Below the pieces are notes generated by a model that was not told the origin of the DNA, searched no databases, and worked only from the letters and a program-made list of their open reading frames with translations. From assembly GCF_000315625.1 (NCBI RefSeq), contig NW_005434627.1, positions 137,446-170,270 on the forward strand: DNA of 32,825 bases. Direction: 5' to 3'. The DNA is from Guillardia theta CCMP2712. Lineage: Eukaryota; Protista; Cryptophyta. The number at the start of each line of letters is the position of its first letter. The stretch's first letter is position 1. Positions 1-9,732 of this stretch are shown in pieces. The position numbers were made by a program, and so were the translations under genes.

Positions 1-74
1 GGAGAGGGAGAGGGAGAGGGAGAGGGAGAGGGAGAGGGAGAGGGAGAGGGAGAGGGAGAGGGAGAGGGAGAGGG
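1..74. repeat. (GGAGAG)n microsatellite inside an intron of the channel gene
   Basis: Perfect hexamer tandem array at the window start, next to a minus-strand donor GT at 76-75. Confidence 0.9.
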
Positions 75-76
75 AC

Positions 77-321
77 CTTGTTGTTGTGCTCGAAGCGGAA
101 GGCATAGTCAAAGTCAACCCAGTTGATGGAGGCTTGCTCGATGCGAGGGGGGACGTGGTTTCCCCGCAAGAAGTCGCGGACTTGCTGAAGTATCCTCCCC
201 TTGCTCCTCGTGAACCTGACGAGCCGTGAGAGGAGGATGGGAAGGGAGGAGATGAGGAGATGGAAGGAGGGGGGAGAAGAGGACGAGGAAGAGGAGGACG
301 AGGACGAGGAGGAAGAGGAAG

Positions 322-357
<36 letters not shown>

Positions 358-1408
358 ACCTTCGGAGCTGCGACACAGCAGCCTCAACCTCAGAGAGGAG
401 GGTACCGAAGACGATGGTGCCGAGGTACATGGCGAACACGCAGAAGATTCGCTCCTCGGAGTTGTCGGGCGCGACGTCGCCGAACCCAACGGTGGAGAAG
501 ATGGTGTTGATGAAGTAGGTAGCGAGGACGTACTGGTGAAACAGATCTCCTGCTTCGACCCCCGAGCCCTCGCTGAAGAGGCTCAGGAACCAGGCGTCTG
601 TCTCCTCCCGGCTGTGCGTCAGCTCCTTGACCAGCCAGTAGGTGCATGCGGTCATGTGGACGACGTAGACGACGATGCAGAAGACTCGGAGCATGCGGAA
701 CATGAAGGGAGGGAGATTGAGATACGACTCGATGCGGTCCAGGATCGCCAGGATCTTCATGGCCTTGATCACTCGCAGCAGTTTGAACAGCCGCAGCGGC
801 TTCACCACTCGCACCACCCGCAGGCTGGACTTGGACCCTCCACCTCCCTCTTCGCACTTGCGGAGCGTGAAGAACTCAACCCACGAGACGGGGATGGAGG
901 TGATGACATCGAAGCAGAACGACCCGCGCAGGTAGGAGGAGGCGACGGTCGAGGCGTCGTCACAGTAGCGGCCCTTGACCATGGCGCCGCAGAAGAAGGT
1001 GAAGGCAATCTCGAGGAGGAAGAACACGTCGACGAGCATGTCGAACTCTAGGGTGGGGGAGCGGAAGCAGTCCGTGTGCCAGTAGAAGCCGACGATGACG
1101 GGCGTCACGATGGCAGAGTAGATGAGGAGCAGGGCAGAGAGAAGGGCGACCCCTTGAGCGAACAGCGACTCCGGGTGTACCATGCGGGAGCCGGGGATGC
1201 CGAGGAGTTTGGGTCCGATGCCGAAGATTCTTCGCTTCCATCCCATGGCCCTTCGCACTTCACCTTTGTACCTCACCTCCAGTAGCTTGTTGGAGCGGAA
1301 CTGCGGGGAGGCCTCGAGCGACGTCATCGACCCGACGGTGGCGGAGGACTCGAGACGCTGTCGCGCCTGCTTTTGAGCAGAGAGCAGCATCTTGTTCCTC
1401 CCCTTCAT
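77..1408 (-). CDS. 6TM potassium channel of the cyclic-nucleotide-binding-domain class (KCNH/HCN/plant Shaker-like); 3' part runs off the window
   Basis: Minus-strand translation gives S1 (MVHPESLFAQGVALLSALLLIYSAIVTPVIVGFYW), pore signature FSTVGFGDVAP, S6 (IFCVFAMYLGTIVFGTLLSEV) and a C-linker (ILQQVRDFLRGNHVPPRIEQASINWVDF). Exons ~1408-360 and 215-77, intron 359-216. The start is uncertain and upstream exons are possible. Confidence 0.85.
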
Positions 1409-1930
1409 CGTTGCGACCTGCCTCTGATCCCAGCGAGCGCGTCGACCCTCCCTGCCTGTCAGGAGTAGCTGCTGCAAGCAGACCGGGAGAGCCGCTCGGC
1501 GACGGCCTGAGCGCAAGCCAGCTCCTGCTGAAGTGAGAAGAGGGTCAGGAGACGGCAGACGATTTCCTCTGCGATCTGATAGCTCCTTCTCTACTACCTA
1601 TACACTACCCCCCACGACCTCCTCTCCTTGCCCTACCTCTCTCCTGCATCTCCGTCCTTGACTTCCTCGGTCCTACTCACTGTGCCTTCTTCGCGTCCTT
1701 CTTCGCGTCCTCCCTCTCCCTCTCCCTCTGCCTCTGCATCTGCCTCTCCCTCTCCATCTCCCTCTCCCTCTGCCTCTCCCTCTGCCTCCCTCCCTCCCTC
1801 CTTCCCTCTCCCTCCCTTTCTCCCTCTCTCTCCCTCTCTCCCTCGCTCCCTCTCCTTCTCTTCTCCCCCTATCATCGCAGGTACGCCGCCTGTCATTTTC
1901 TTCTTTCGCCTTCCCCTCATCCCCCCGCAG

Positions 1931-2450
1931 GTCAAACTTTTTGAGACCCATAAGTTGACACCGTCCGGTCTCGGACGGCGTGACCGTTACTAAGCCGTTA
2001 CTGTCGACTCTGAGCGACACCGGGGACGGTCCGAGTCCGGGAGTCCGGCACTGGCTTGCCAGTGTACTACTCCGTCCCGGATCGGGATTCAAATTAGTCA
2101 CCTGGTGAGCCAGCCAGTGGCGTCACGTATGTCGGCCGGCCGCCCCGGCGGGCCGCCCGAGGCCCGGTCCCGGCGACTCGGCGATCAACGGCGGTACGGT
2201 CCAGTCGGACCGGCGTCCGGCGCCGCCGGGTCCGGCGACCAGCCTGTGTCAGTATCGCTACCGGCGTGCCCGGCCACGGGGTGAGCTACTACAGCCTGTC
2301 CGACAGGCCGCGGGCAAGTCCCCCCGCCCCGGCGCCGGGCGACTGGGCGGCCCCCGGCGGCCGGCCCCCGCGGCCCGGACTCCTGGAAGCCCGGGACTCT
2401 GAGGCAGCCTCGCAAAAAAGGGGTCAGACACCCTGCCACAGCGGGCCAAT
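1931..2450. repeat. GC-rich, CCGG/short-palindrome-dense non-coding island (copy A)
   Basis: Hairpins such as CCGTCCG-gtct-CGGACGG (1961-1978), CACTGGC-tt-GCCAGTG (2049-2064) and CGGTCC-agtc-GGACCG (2197-2212). Composition resembles 24700-26030. No credible ORF. Confidence 0.55.
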
Positions 2451-2826
2451 GGGGTCCTAACTGTATTTCAAGTACCGGTACATTTTCAGGAGAAATGAGG
2501 GGTACCATATATGGGTGGGTCCTCGTCACATGATTACTACCGGTGATGTTCACGGTACTTACAGGGGTACAAGAATGTAGTTGAAGGGTGGGGTGGAGGC
2601 CGTCATAGGATCAGGACAACAGAGGGGTGGGGTACTGAAACAATGTTTTGATAGGGGTGGGGTACTCGTGAAACATGTGGGTGGGGGTACATAAATTGGG
2701 GTAGGGTCTGATTGTCATTCAATTATAAGGGGGTGGTATAACTCAAAATCAGGGGTTATGTGTCCTGGTACCGGAGGGTCTCATCCGAAGGGGTAGGGTG
2801 ATAAGGGGAAGAAGGGGTGGGGTGGT
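2451..2826 (+). promoter_or_regulatory. GGGGT(A/G) motif island directly upstream of cpeA
   Basis: More than 10 GGGGT/GGGGTAC motifs at roughly 30-40 bp spacing in unique AT-richer spacers, ending about 45 bp before the ATG at 2872. Regulatory role is inferred. Confidence 0.45.
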
Positions 2827-2871
2827 AAACGTGTAAGTTTAGGAGAAGCGTCGTCGTCGTTTGCCATCGCC

Positions 2872-4126
2872 ATGCTCCGTGCTACCGTCGCTGCCGCCGT
2901 CGTTGCCTCCGCCGCTGCCTTCAGCCCAGCCCCCCAGGTGAGATGCGAAGGATGAGATCAGGAAGAGGACGATGAGAGGAGCAGGAGACAAGTGGAGGAG
3001 CCAGTCCCTTGCTCTCGTTCATCAGACGTTCTATTAGAACGAAGTGAAAAGAATTCATGTGACAGTAGAGGGGAGTAAGGATGGTTGAGAGACATGAAGT
3101 GAAGTGAAGCGAGAAGTGAGGAGACGGAAAGAAGGATGGCAAGAGCAGGTGTCCCGATGATAGACCTAGGCTTCTCGCTGCTGTAGCTAGGGAAAGACTT
3201 GTTCATGGCTGAGGGTTGAACTGAATCTGCTGTCGAAAGAGAGTGCTGGTGTCAGATTCTAGTTCTATTTTGATGGTTTTGTTCCTTCTTGTTGTCTGAT
3301 TCATGCAAAGATAATCTCAATGCATTTGAACATGCATGCTCGAAAGTCTATTTGAAAGTTTGTCCTCTTTTTTGCATGCTCGAAAGTCTATTTGAAAGTT
3401 TGTCCTCTTTGTTTTGTCCTCTTTGTTTATCTGCCACATTGTAGTGAGTGGGAGAGCCCATGGATCTTGCCGGACACTCTTGCTAACATTCTCTTCCTCG
3501 GTAGATGGGGCTGCGCGGCGTCGCCATGCAGGCCGAGTCTGTCTCCCGCCGTGAGATCGTCCAGGCCGGAGCTGCCGCTGCTGCTCTCTTCACCGCTGCC
3601 CCCGTTTTTGCCCAGCCCGCTCCTGGTATCGGGTATGCGCAGAAGAAGCGTGAGGTCGAGATGAAGAACAAGAACTTCGCCCCTGTGGTCAGTGGATCTC
3701 TTGCTCATCAAGTCTTTCCTCCTCCTTGGCCTCTTCTCTGCCTATTCCTCCCTCTTTCTGCTTCTGCTCCCTCCCTTCCACTCCAGCACCTGACTCGCTC
3801 TCCTTTTCAGATCACCGTCTTCGATCACCGTGGCTGCGCCGAGCACGTGAACAAGGAGTACACTGGCCCCAAGTCCAACGACGAGAACGATGAGATGCTC
3901 GTCAAGGTCAAGCAGGTGAAGCAGCGGAGGTTCTATCGCCTCCTTCTGACGAGCGTATGCAGACCAAGCTCAGACGTGACGACCCGAAGTTCGTCGAGCT
4001 CGCTGATCGCATCGTCCAGGTAGGAGGGAGAGGCGGGTGATATACCGCAGGGTCTGACGGGGAGAGCAGGAGACCAAGGGAACCTTCTACCAGTACCCCA
4101 TCCGCGACGTCGGATACAGCAAGTAA
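2872..4126 (+). CDS. cpeA: Cryptophyte phycoerythrin (PE545-type) alpha subunit precursor
   Basis: Exons 2872-2937, 3505-3687, 3811-3915, 3963-4019, 4070-4126. Signal peptide ending ASAAA-F, short transit peptide, twin-arginine lumenal signal (SRREIVQ...PVFA), then the hallmark APVITVFDHRGC...KEYTG...DEMLVKV. Confidence 0.93.
3333..3410. repeat. Tandem duplication (38-bp unit, 40-bp period) in cpeA intron 1
   Basis: tgcatgctcgaaagtctatttgaaagtttgtcctcttt at 3333-3370 and 3373-3410. Confidence 0.9.
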
Positions 4127-4372
4127 AGTGCAACAATTCATTACATGAGCTTCAACAATGACATTAACTCCTCCTCCTCCTCTCATCCCCTTCCGCCCTC
4201 TCCCTCCCTCTCTTCGCACTTGCCTCTCATCCTGCTGATCCCCCACCCGCTCCCTCAACTTTCCCCCTCCTTCCGTTTCCACTCTCCTGAGTCTTGCTGC
4301 TTCTTTCTCACGTTTCTTGCCGCTCAATCAGTCCCATCCCCACCTCCTCCTCTTCATCTTTCTCGTTGATCA

Positions 4373-4897
4373 TCACAAGGGAGACGCTTCCTCCTCTAGC
4401 GCTCTCCCTATCACCGTCTCCTGCACATTGAGGTCTCCGTCCATCGGCGTAGCAGCGACGAGACTGCAGAGAGAAAGGGCGGGGGCAGCAGCAGCAGCAG
4501 CAGCAGCAGCAGAGGAAGGGTCAGTAGAGACAGTCTACTGGGGAGGAGAGGAGAAGGTACCGGTGAGCTACGACGGGCCCGAAGAAACCAGCAATGAGAG
4601 CAGGAGTGCAGAAGTCATCCTCCGACGAGTCTGCGGCATGTCAAGAGCAGAGGAGGAGGAGGAGGAGGAGGAGGAGGAAGAAGAGGAGGAGGAAATTGAA
4701 GAGGAGGAGGAGGAGGAGGAGGTGGTGGGGTGGTGGTGGTGGTGGAGTACCGTGAGCAGATTCAGAGCAGCAGGTGCTCGCCAGTCTCGCAGCGATCTTG
4801 CTTCACTGTTAGCTCACACGAAAGACCCTTCTCTTCCTTTCCTCTAGCTTCTCCCCCGCCCCATCCCCACTGCCACCCTTCCTCCTCCCTCTCCCCA

Positions 4898-4937
<40 letters not shown>

Positions 4938-7700
4938 GCCCCTACCCCTGCTCTTCCTCATCCCCCTGCATACCTCTAGCATGCTCGTCGCTTTCGGTGA
5001 GAGAGGACGAGAAAGCTGGTGGTTCCCTCGCACGTTTTGAACCTGATGGAACATGAGACTCTGCGAGTTTCTGCGGCTGCTCCTCCTCCCTCCTCCTCCT
5101 CCTGCCTCCTCCTGTCTCCTCCTCCTGCCTCCTCCTGCCTCCCACTTTTCCTCTTTCCCCCTCGTCCTCCTCCATCCGTTCTTGCTCCCTCGTGCTCCTC
5201 CTCGAGCTGCCGATTGCCTGCTCTTGTCTCATCCCTTCCTCCGCTTCCTCGCACCAGGTCGCGGATGTAGCGGAGGAGAGAAGGATCGAGGAAGGCTCTT
5301 TCTGTTCTCTCCCGCAGCCGGAGTAGCAGCTGCAGCCAACAGTCATCCCGAGCTGGAGGATCAGGTGGGGCTGACCGAGGAGGAGAAGATTCTTGCGCTG
5401 GCTACAAAGTCGAGGAGGGCGAGGTCTGCTGCGAGCTGGCGGTAGGATCAGGAGGAGAAGGAGCAGGAGGAGCAGCAGAAGGAGAAGGAGGAGAAGGAGA
5501 AGCAGAAGCAGAAGCAGAAGCAGAAGCAGAAGGAGCAAGAGGAAGAGGACGAGGACGATGGGGTAGGGGAGGGGGTAGGAGGAAGGGAAGCAGGAGGAAG
5601 GCAGTTCAACCTTGAGATGCTGAAGTGTGAGTGAGAACAAGACCTCATCTCTCGTCTGAACCCTCAGCTGCTCCCACGAGTATCTCGTGATGAGGAGGAA
5701 GCAGACGTTGCGACCTGGCAAGAGGTCAGGCAGCACGCGAGCCGCAGGTCCTCCTACCGGAACAAGGAGGGAGAAGGAGGGGAGAGGAGAAGAAAGTAAT
5801 GCCGCAACTCCTTTTAGACGGCTGTAGCAACTCCCAGGCGATCTGAAGGGAAAATAAAACGAGGAGGAGGAGGAGGAGGAGGATGAGGAGGAGGTGCACG
5901 AGGGAGGAGGAGAGGGGGAGAAGGAAAACGAAAGGCAAGAGGACGAGCAGGAGGAGCGGACGAAGTGAGAGGGTAGGAGTGGAGGGACGAGGAGGGCTGG
6001 CGGTTTGACCTGCGTCTCAACTTGCAGCCGCTGGAAGTCTGACATGACGACGAGACGGAAGTTGCGAGGAGGAGCAGGAGAGAGAGGAGCAGGAGAGTTC
6101 GTATCCAAGGAGATCTCAGCATCCTCGAGCCGGCCTGACAGAGCCCGTCAGTCCAGCACCCATAAGCCGCCAGGAGCACCGTGAATGTCCTGAGCCCTCG
6201 TGTCCCTGGTGCACCTGCCAATAGATCACCAACTCTCCTTCTCCTCCTCCTCCTCCTCCTCCTCCTCCTCCTCCTCTCCCTCCCTCCTCCCCTCCTCCCC
6301 TCCTCCTCTTGCCCTCCTGCTCCCTCGCCCGCCTCAATCTCCTGCTACTCCTGTGTTCTGCTCCTGCTACTCTCCTTCCCCCCTAACCTGATGTGCTCAA
6401 CTTCAACTTCGAAGACGCTGCGGAAGACTTTGACCAGCTGTGCAAGAACCTCGTCCGATGGCTCGTGCTCGACCTGCGAGTCAACAAGATTGACAAGGAC
6501 GTTTCCCCCGCCCACGATCGCCATGAGCACTGACAAGGGCAGGCAGTGAGCGAGGAAAGAGAGGGAGGAGTGGGGAAGGGGAGGGGAAGAGGAGCTGAGC
6601 GTAAGGGAGGGAGAAAGAGAGAGGGAGAGAGGGGAAGGGGGAGGGGGGGAGGGAGAGAGGGAGAGAGGGGAGGAGCGATGGCGGTGGCATCAGTGGTGGA
6701 GGAGGGAGGGATGGGTCGGTTATTCACGTGCAGCCAGGAGATCTTCAAGGTTGTTGTTGAGTGACTGCTGACAAGTTTGAGTTGAGATGCATCATCATCA
6801 TCATCATCATTATCTCCATCATCATCTCCATCACCTCCATCATCATCATCATCATTTAACCTCCATCATCATCACCTCCATCATCATCATNNNNNNNNNN
6901 NNNNNNNNNNNNNNNNNNNNNNNNNNNNNNNNNNNNNNNNNNNNNNNNNNNNNNNNNNNNNNNNNNNNNNNNNNNNNNNNNNNNNNNNNNNNNNNNNNNN
7001 NNNNNNNNNNNNNNNNNNNNNNNNNNNNNNNNNNNNNNNNNNNNNNNNNNNNNNNNNNNNNNNNNNNNNNNNNNNNNNNNNNNNNNNNNNNNNNNNNNNN
7101 NNNNNNNNNNNNNNNNNNNNNNNNNNNNNNNNNNNNNNNNNNNNNNNNNNNNNNNNNNNNNNNNNNNNNNNNNNNNNNNNNNNNNNNNNNNNNNNNNNNN
7201 NNNNNNNNNNNNNNNNNNNNNNNNNNNNNNNNNNNNNNNNNNNNNNNNNNNNNNNNNNNNNNNNNNNNNNNNNNNNNNNNNNNNNNNNNNNNNNNNNNNN
7301 NNNNNNNNNNNNNNNNNNNNNNNNNNNNNNNNNNNNNNNNNNNNNNNNNNNNNNNNNNNNNNNNNNNNNNNNNNNNNNNNNNNNNNNNNNNNNNNNNNNN
7401 NNNNNNNNNNNNNNNNNNNNNNNNNNNNNNNNNNNNNNNNNNNNNNNNNNNNNNNNNNNNNNNNNNNNNNNNNNNNNNNNNNNNNNNNNNNNNNNNNNNN
7501 NNNNNNNNNNNNNNNNNNNNNNNNNNNNNNNNNNNNNNNNNNNNNNNNNNGCCATCAGGAGGGAGGGAGGGAGGGAGGGAGCGGAGAGCCGTTTACCGAG
7601 GTCTGTGACATCCAACATGGACGTCGCCACCTGATCCTTCCAGTCTTCATGCTCCGCCGCCTCGCCTTCATGCTGTTGTGTGTGAGGATGCGCATTGTTT
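4373..7700 (-). CDS. Hypothetical multi-exon protein interrupted by an assembly gap
   Basis: Short complex-sequence islands with minus-strand GT..AG borders between microsatellite introns translate to plausible peptides (LMAIVGGGNVLVNLVDSQVEHEPSDEVLAQLVKVFRSVF; YRQLAADLALLDFVASARIF; DFCTPALIAGFFGPVVAHR). Family not recognised, full model not resolved, boundaries approximate. Confidence 0.45.
6891..7550. other. Assembly gap
   Basis: Run of N flanked by (CAT)n and (GGGA)n repeats. Confidence 0.99.
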
Positions 7701-8480
7701 CGCTCATCCTCCTCCCCCTCCTTTTCACCCTCCCCCCCCTCCTTCTCTCCCTCCTCTCCGGTCATCCTGAAGCAATTGTCAGACGAAAGAGTGCTTTCGT
7801 TGTGGTATTCCCTCCCTCCCTCCTCCTCTCCCCTGCATCCCATTTCCCTCTTACGCTCTCCCATCTCAACATCCTTCCTTTTCTCTCCTCCCTCCCTCCC
7901 TCTCTTCCCTCGCTCCCTCCCTCCCTGGCTCGCTGGCTCCCTCGCTGGCTCCTTCCCCCTCTCCCTCCCTCCCTCCCTCCCTCCCTCTCTCCCTCCCTCC
8001 ATTAAAATTTTTCTTTGTTCCGATGGGGCAGTGGATTAGTTCTAAACTACACGGAGTTCTAAACTACACTGATCCAAACCTTTTAGTTTGGTTAGTTAGT
8101 TCAGTAAACCTGCCGCACGTGCGAAATGGCAGAGTAAATGGATGGCAGGGGGGGATGAGAGGGAGGGGAGGGGGGAGGGGGGGAACGTCAAGGCGGGAGG
8201 GAGGAGGAAGGGAGCGGATGGAGACGCGGGAGATGACACGAGACGAGAGGGGGGGAGAGGAGACGTACAGGAGCGTGATTGAGGGAAAGATCAGAGGGAC
8301 TTTTCAATTGTAGGGCGATACGAGCGTGTGCTGGTTGCCTGTACTGAGCTGCCTCTCCTGTGCTGTTGAAACTATGAAGATGCTGATGATCAAGCCTCAG
8401 GTTGCGCGCGAAACTGAAGTGACGATGGCTTCTTGAACTAAACTCACCCATCACCAACATCCGAGAGTTTTGAAAGCAAG

Positions 8481-9303
8481 ATGGGAAAGGCGAGGAAGAC
8501 GAGAAGGTTTGCGGAGGTCAAGAGGATGCTGAACCCCAAGGACGATCGTCTGATCGTCAAGAAGCGAGATGCTGACAAGAAGAAGAAGGCTAACCCTGAC
8601 GAGCCCGAAGTTAAGACAGTGACCGTTGCTCCCTCTGCCCTCTTCTTCTCCTATAACAGCCAGCTTGGCCCTCCCTACCACGTTATCCTCGATACCAACT
8701 TCATCAACTTCTCGATACAGAACAAGCTCGACCCGATCAAGGCCTCCATGGACTGTCTCTACGCCAAGTGCACCATCTACATCACTGACTGCGTCATCGC
8801 CGAGCTGGAGAAGTTAGGGCAGAAGTACCGAGTAGCTCTGCGTATCGCCAAGGTGAGATGATGATGATGATGATGATGAGGAGGAGGAGGAGGAGGAGGA
8901 GGAGGAGGAGAAGAAGAAGAAGAAGGGAGGAAAAGCAGTTTGACAGGTAGGTTGTGATGTTCATTCTCCCACAGGATCCGCGATTTGAGCGGTTGCCCTG
9001 CACTCACAAGGGAACGTACGCGGACGACTGTATCATGGAGCGGTACGGCCATGTCGCGTTGTCACTTGCTCTTACAAGTCGAGCAGGATCCAGCAGGCGC
9101 GATGCTATATAGTAGCCACGTGCGATCGAGACTTGAAGAGGAGGATCCGCAAGGTCCCGGGAGTTCCGATCATGTCAGTCCCGCCCTCTGCCTTACCTCC
9201 CCCCCTCTCCTCTTCCTTCTTCTGACTCTCCACCAGGTACATCGCACAAAGAAGGTACTCGGTCGAGCGAATGCCTGAAGCCTTCGGAGCCCCAAGGCAG
9301 TAG
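8481..9303 (+). CDS. FCF1: rRNA-processing PIN-domain nuclease FCF1/Utp24
   Basis: [21 protein letters not shown]...[23 protein letters not shown]...[11 protein letters not shown]...[25 protein letters not shown]. Exons 8481-8852, 8975-9042, 9087-9173, 9237-9303. Confidence 0.96.
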
Positions 9304-9732
9304 GCAAGGTATCAACCATCCTCCTCCTCTTCCTGTGCATGCAAGGGAGGCAAGAAGGATCGGGACACGAACGACCTGCCCGCTCTGATGCTACGCTCCC
9401 GACAGCACCTGTTCTTTCCGCGTGCCTCCTTGAGGGACGGGAAGAACAAGCCCTGAAAGCGCGCTGGTGCTGTAAAACATGAGAGCGCTGGCAGTTAGGG
9501 ATGGGCTACATGCGATGCAGAGGAAACGCCTCTCAATGTCCCTACGGTGACTTGCGAACTGCAGGCAGCGAGGCGATCGGAGCTGACGACCTGACGAGGA
9601 GGAGCAAGGTCAGAGGGCATCGACCGTCTGTGTACAGTGGGGAGAGGAATGGCGTGAGGGTTGAATCATGATCAATCGCTTTCCTCTTCGTTTCTCCATC
9701 CGCACTCAGACTGATCTGCCTCCTTGTTCCCC

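Noticed and set aside
260-1051. 263-aa plus-strand ORF
   Set aside because: Antisense shadow of the GC3-rich channel exon; its N-terminus comes from an intronic microsatellite.
2451-2826. GTAC cores as SBP/CRR1 copper-response elements, or G-runs as telomeric repeats
   Set aside because: SBP regulation is a green-lineage system and the islands flank unrelated genes; the G-runs are not tandem fixed-unit repeats.
3333-3410. Possible CRISPR-like direct repeat
   Set aside because: Only two adjacent copies with no spacer, inside a eukaryotic intron, and no cas genes.
4942-6108. 388-aa ORF with poly-Leu/poly-Ser
   Set aside because: Read-through of microsatellite introns; only short parts are likely exonic.
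6787-8002. Long ORFs spanning N runs (also 23871-24665 and 31169-31976)
   Set aside because: Artefacts of assembly gaps and simple repeats.
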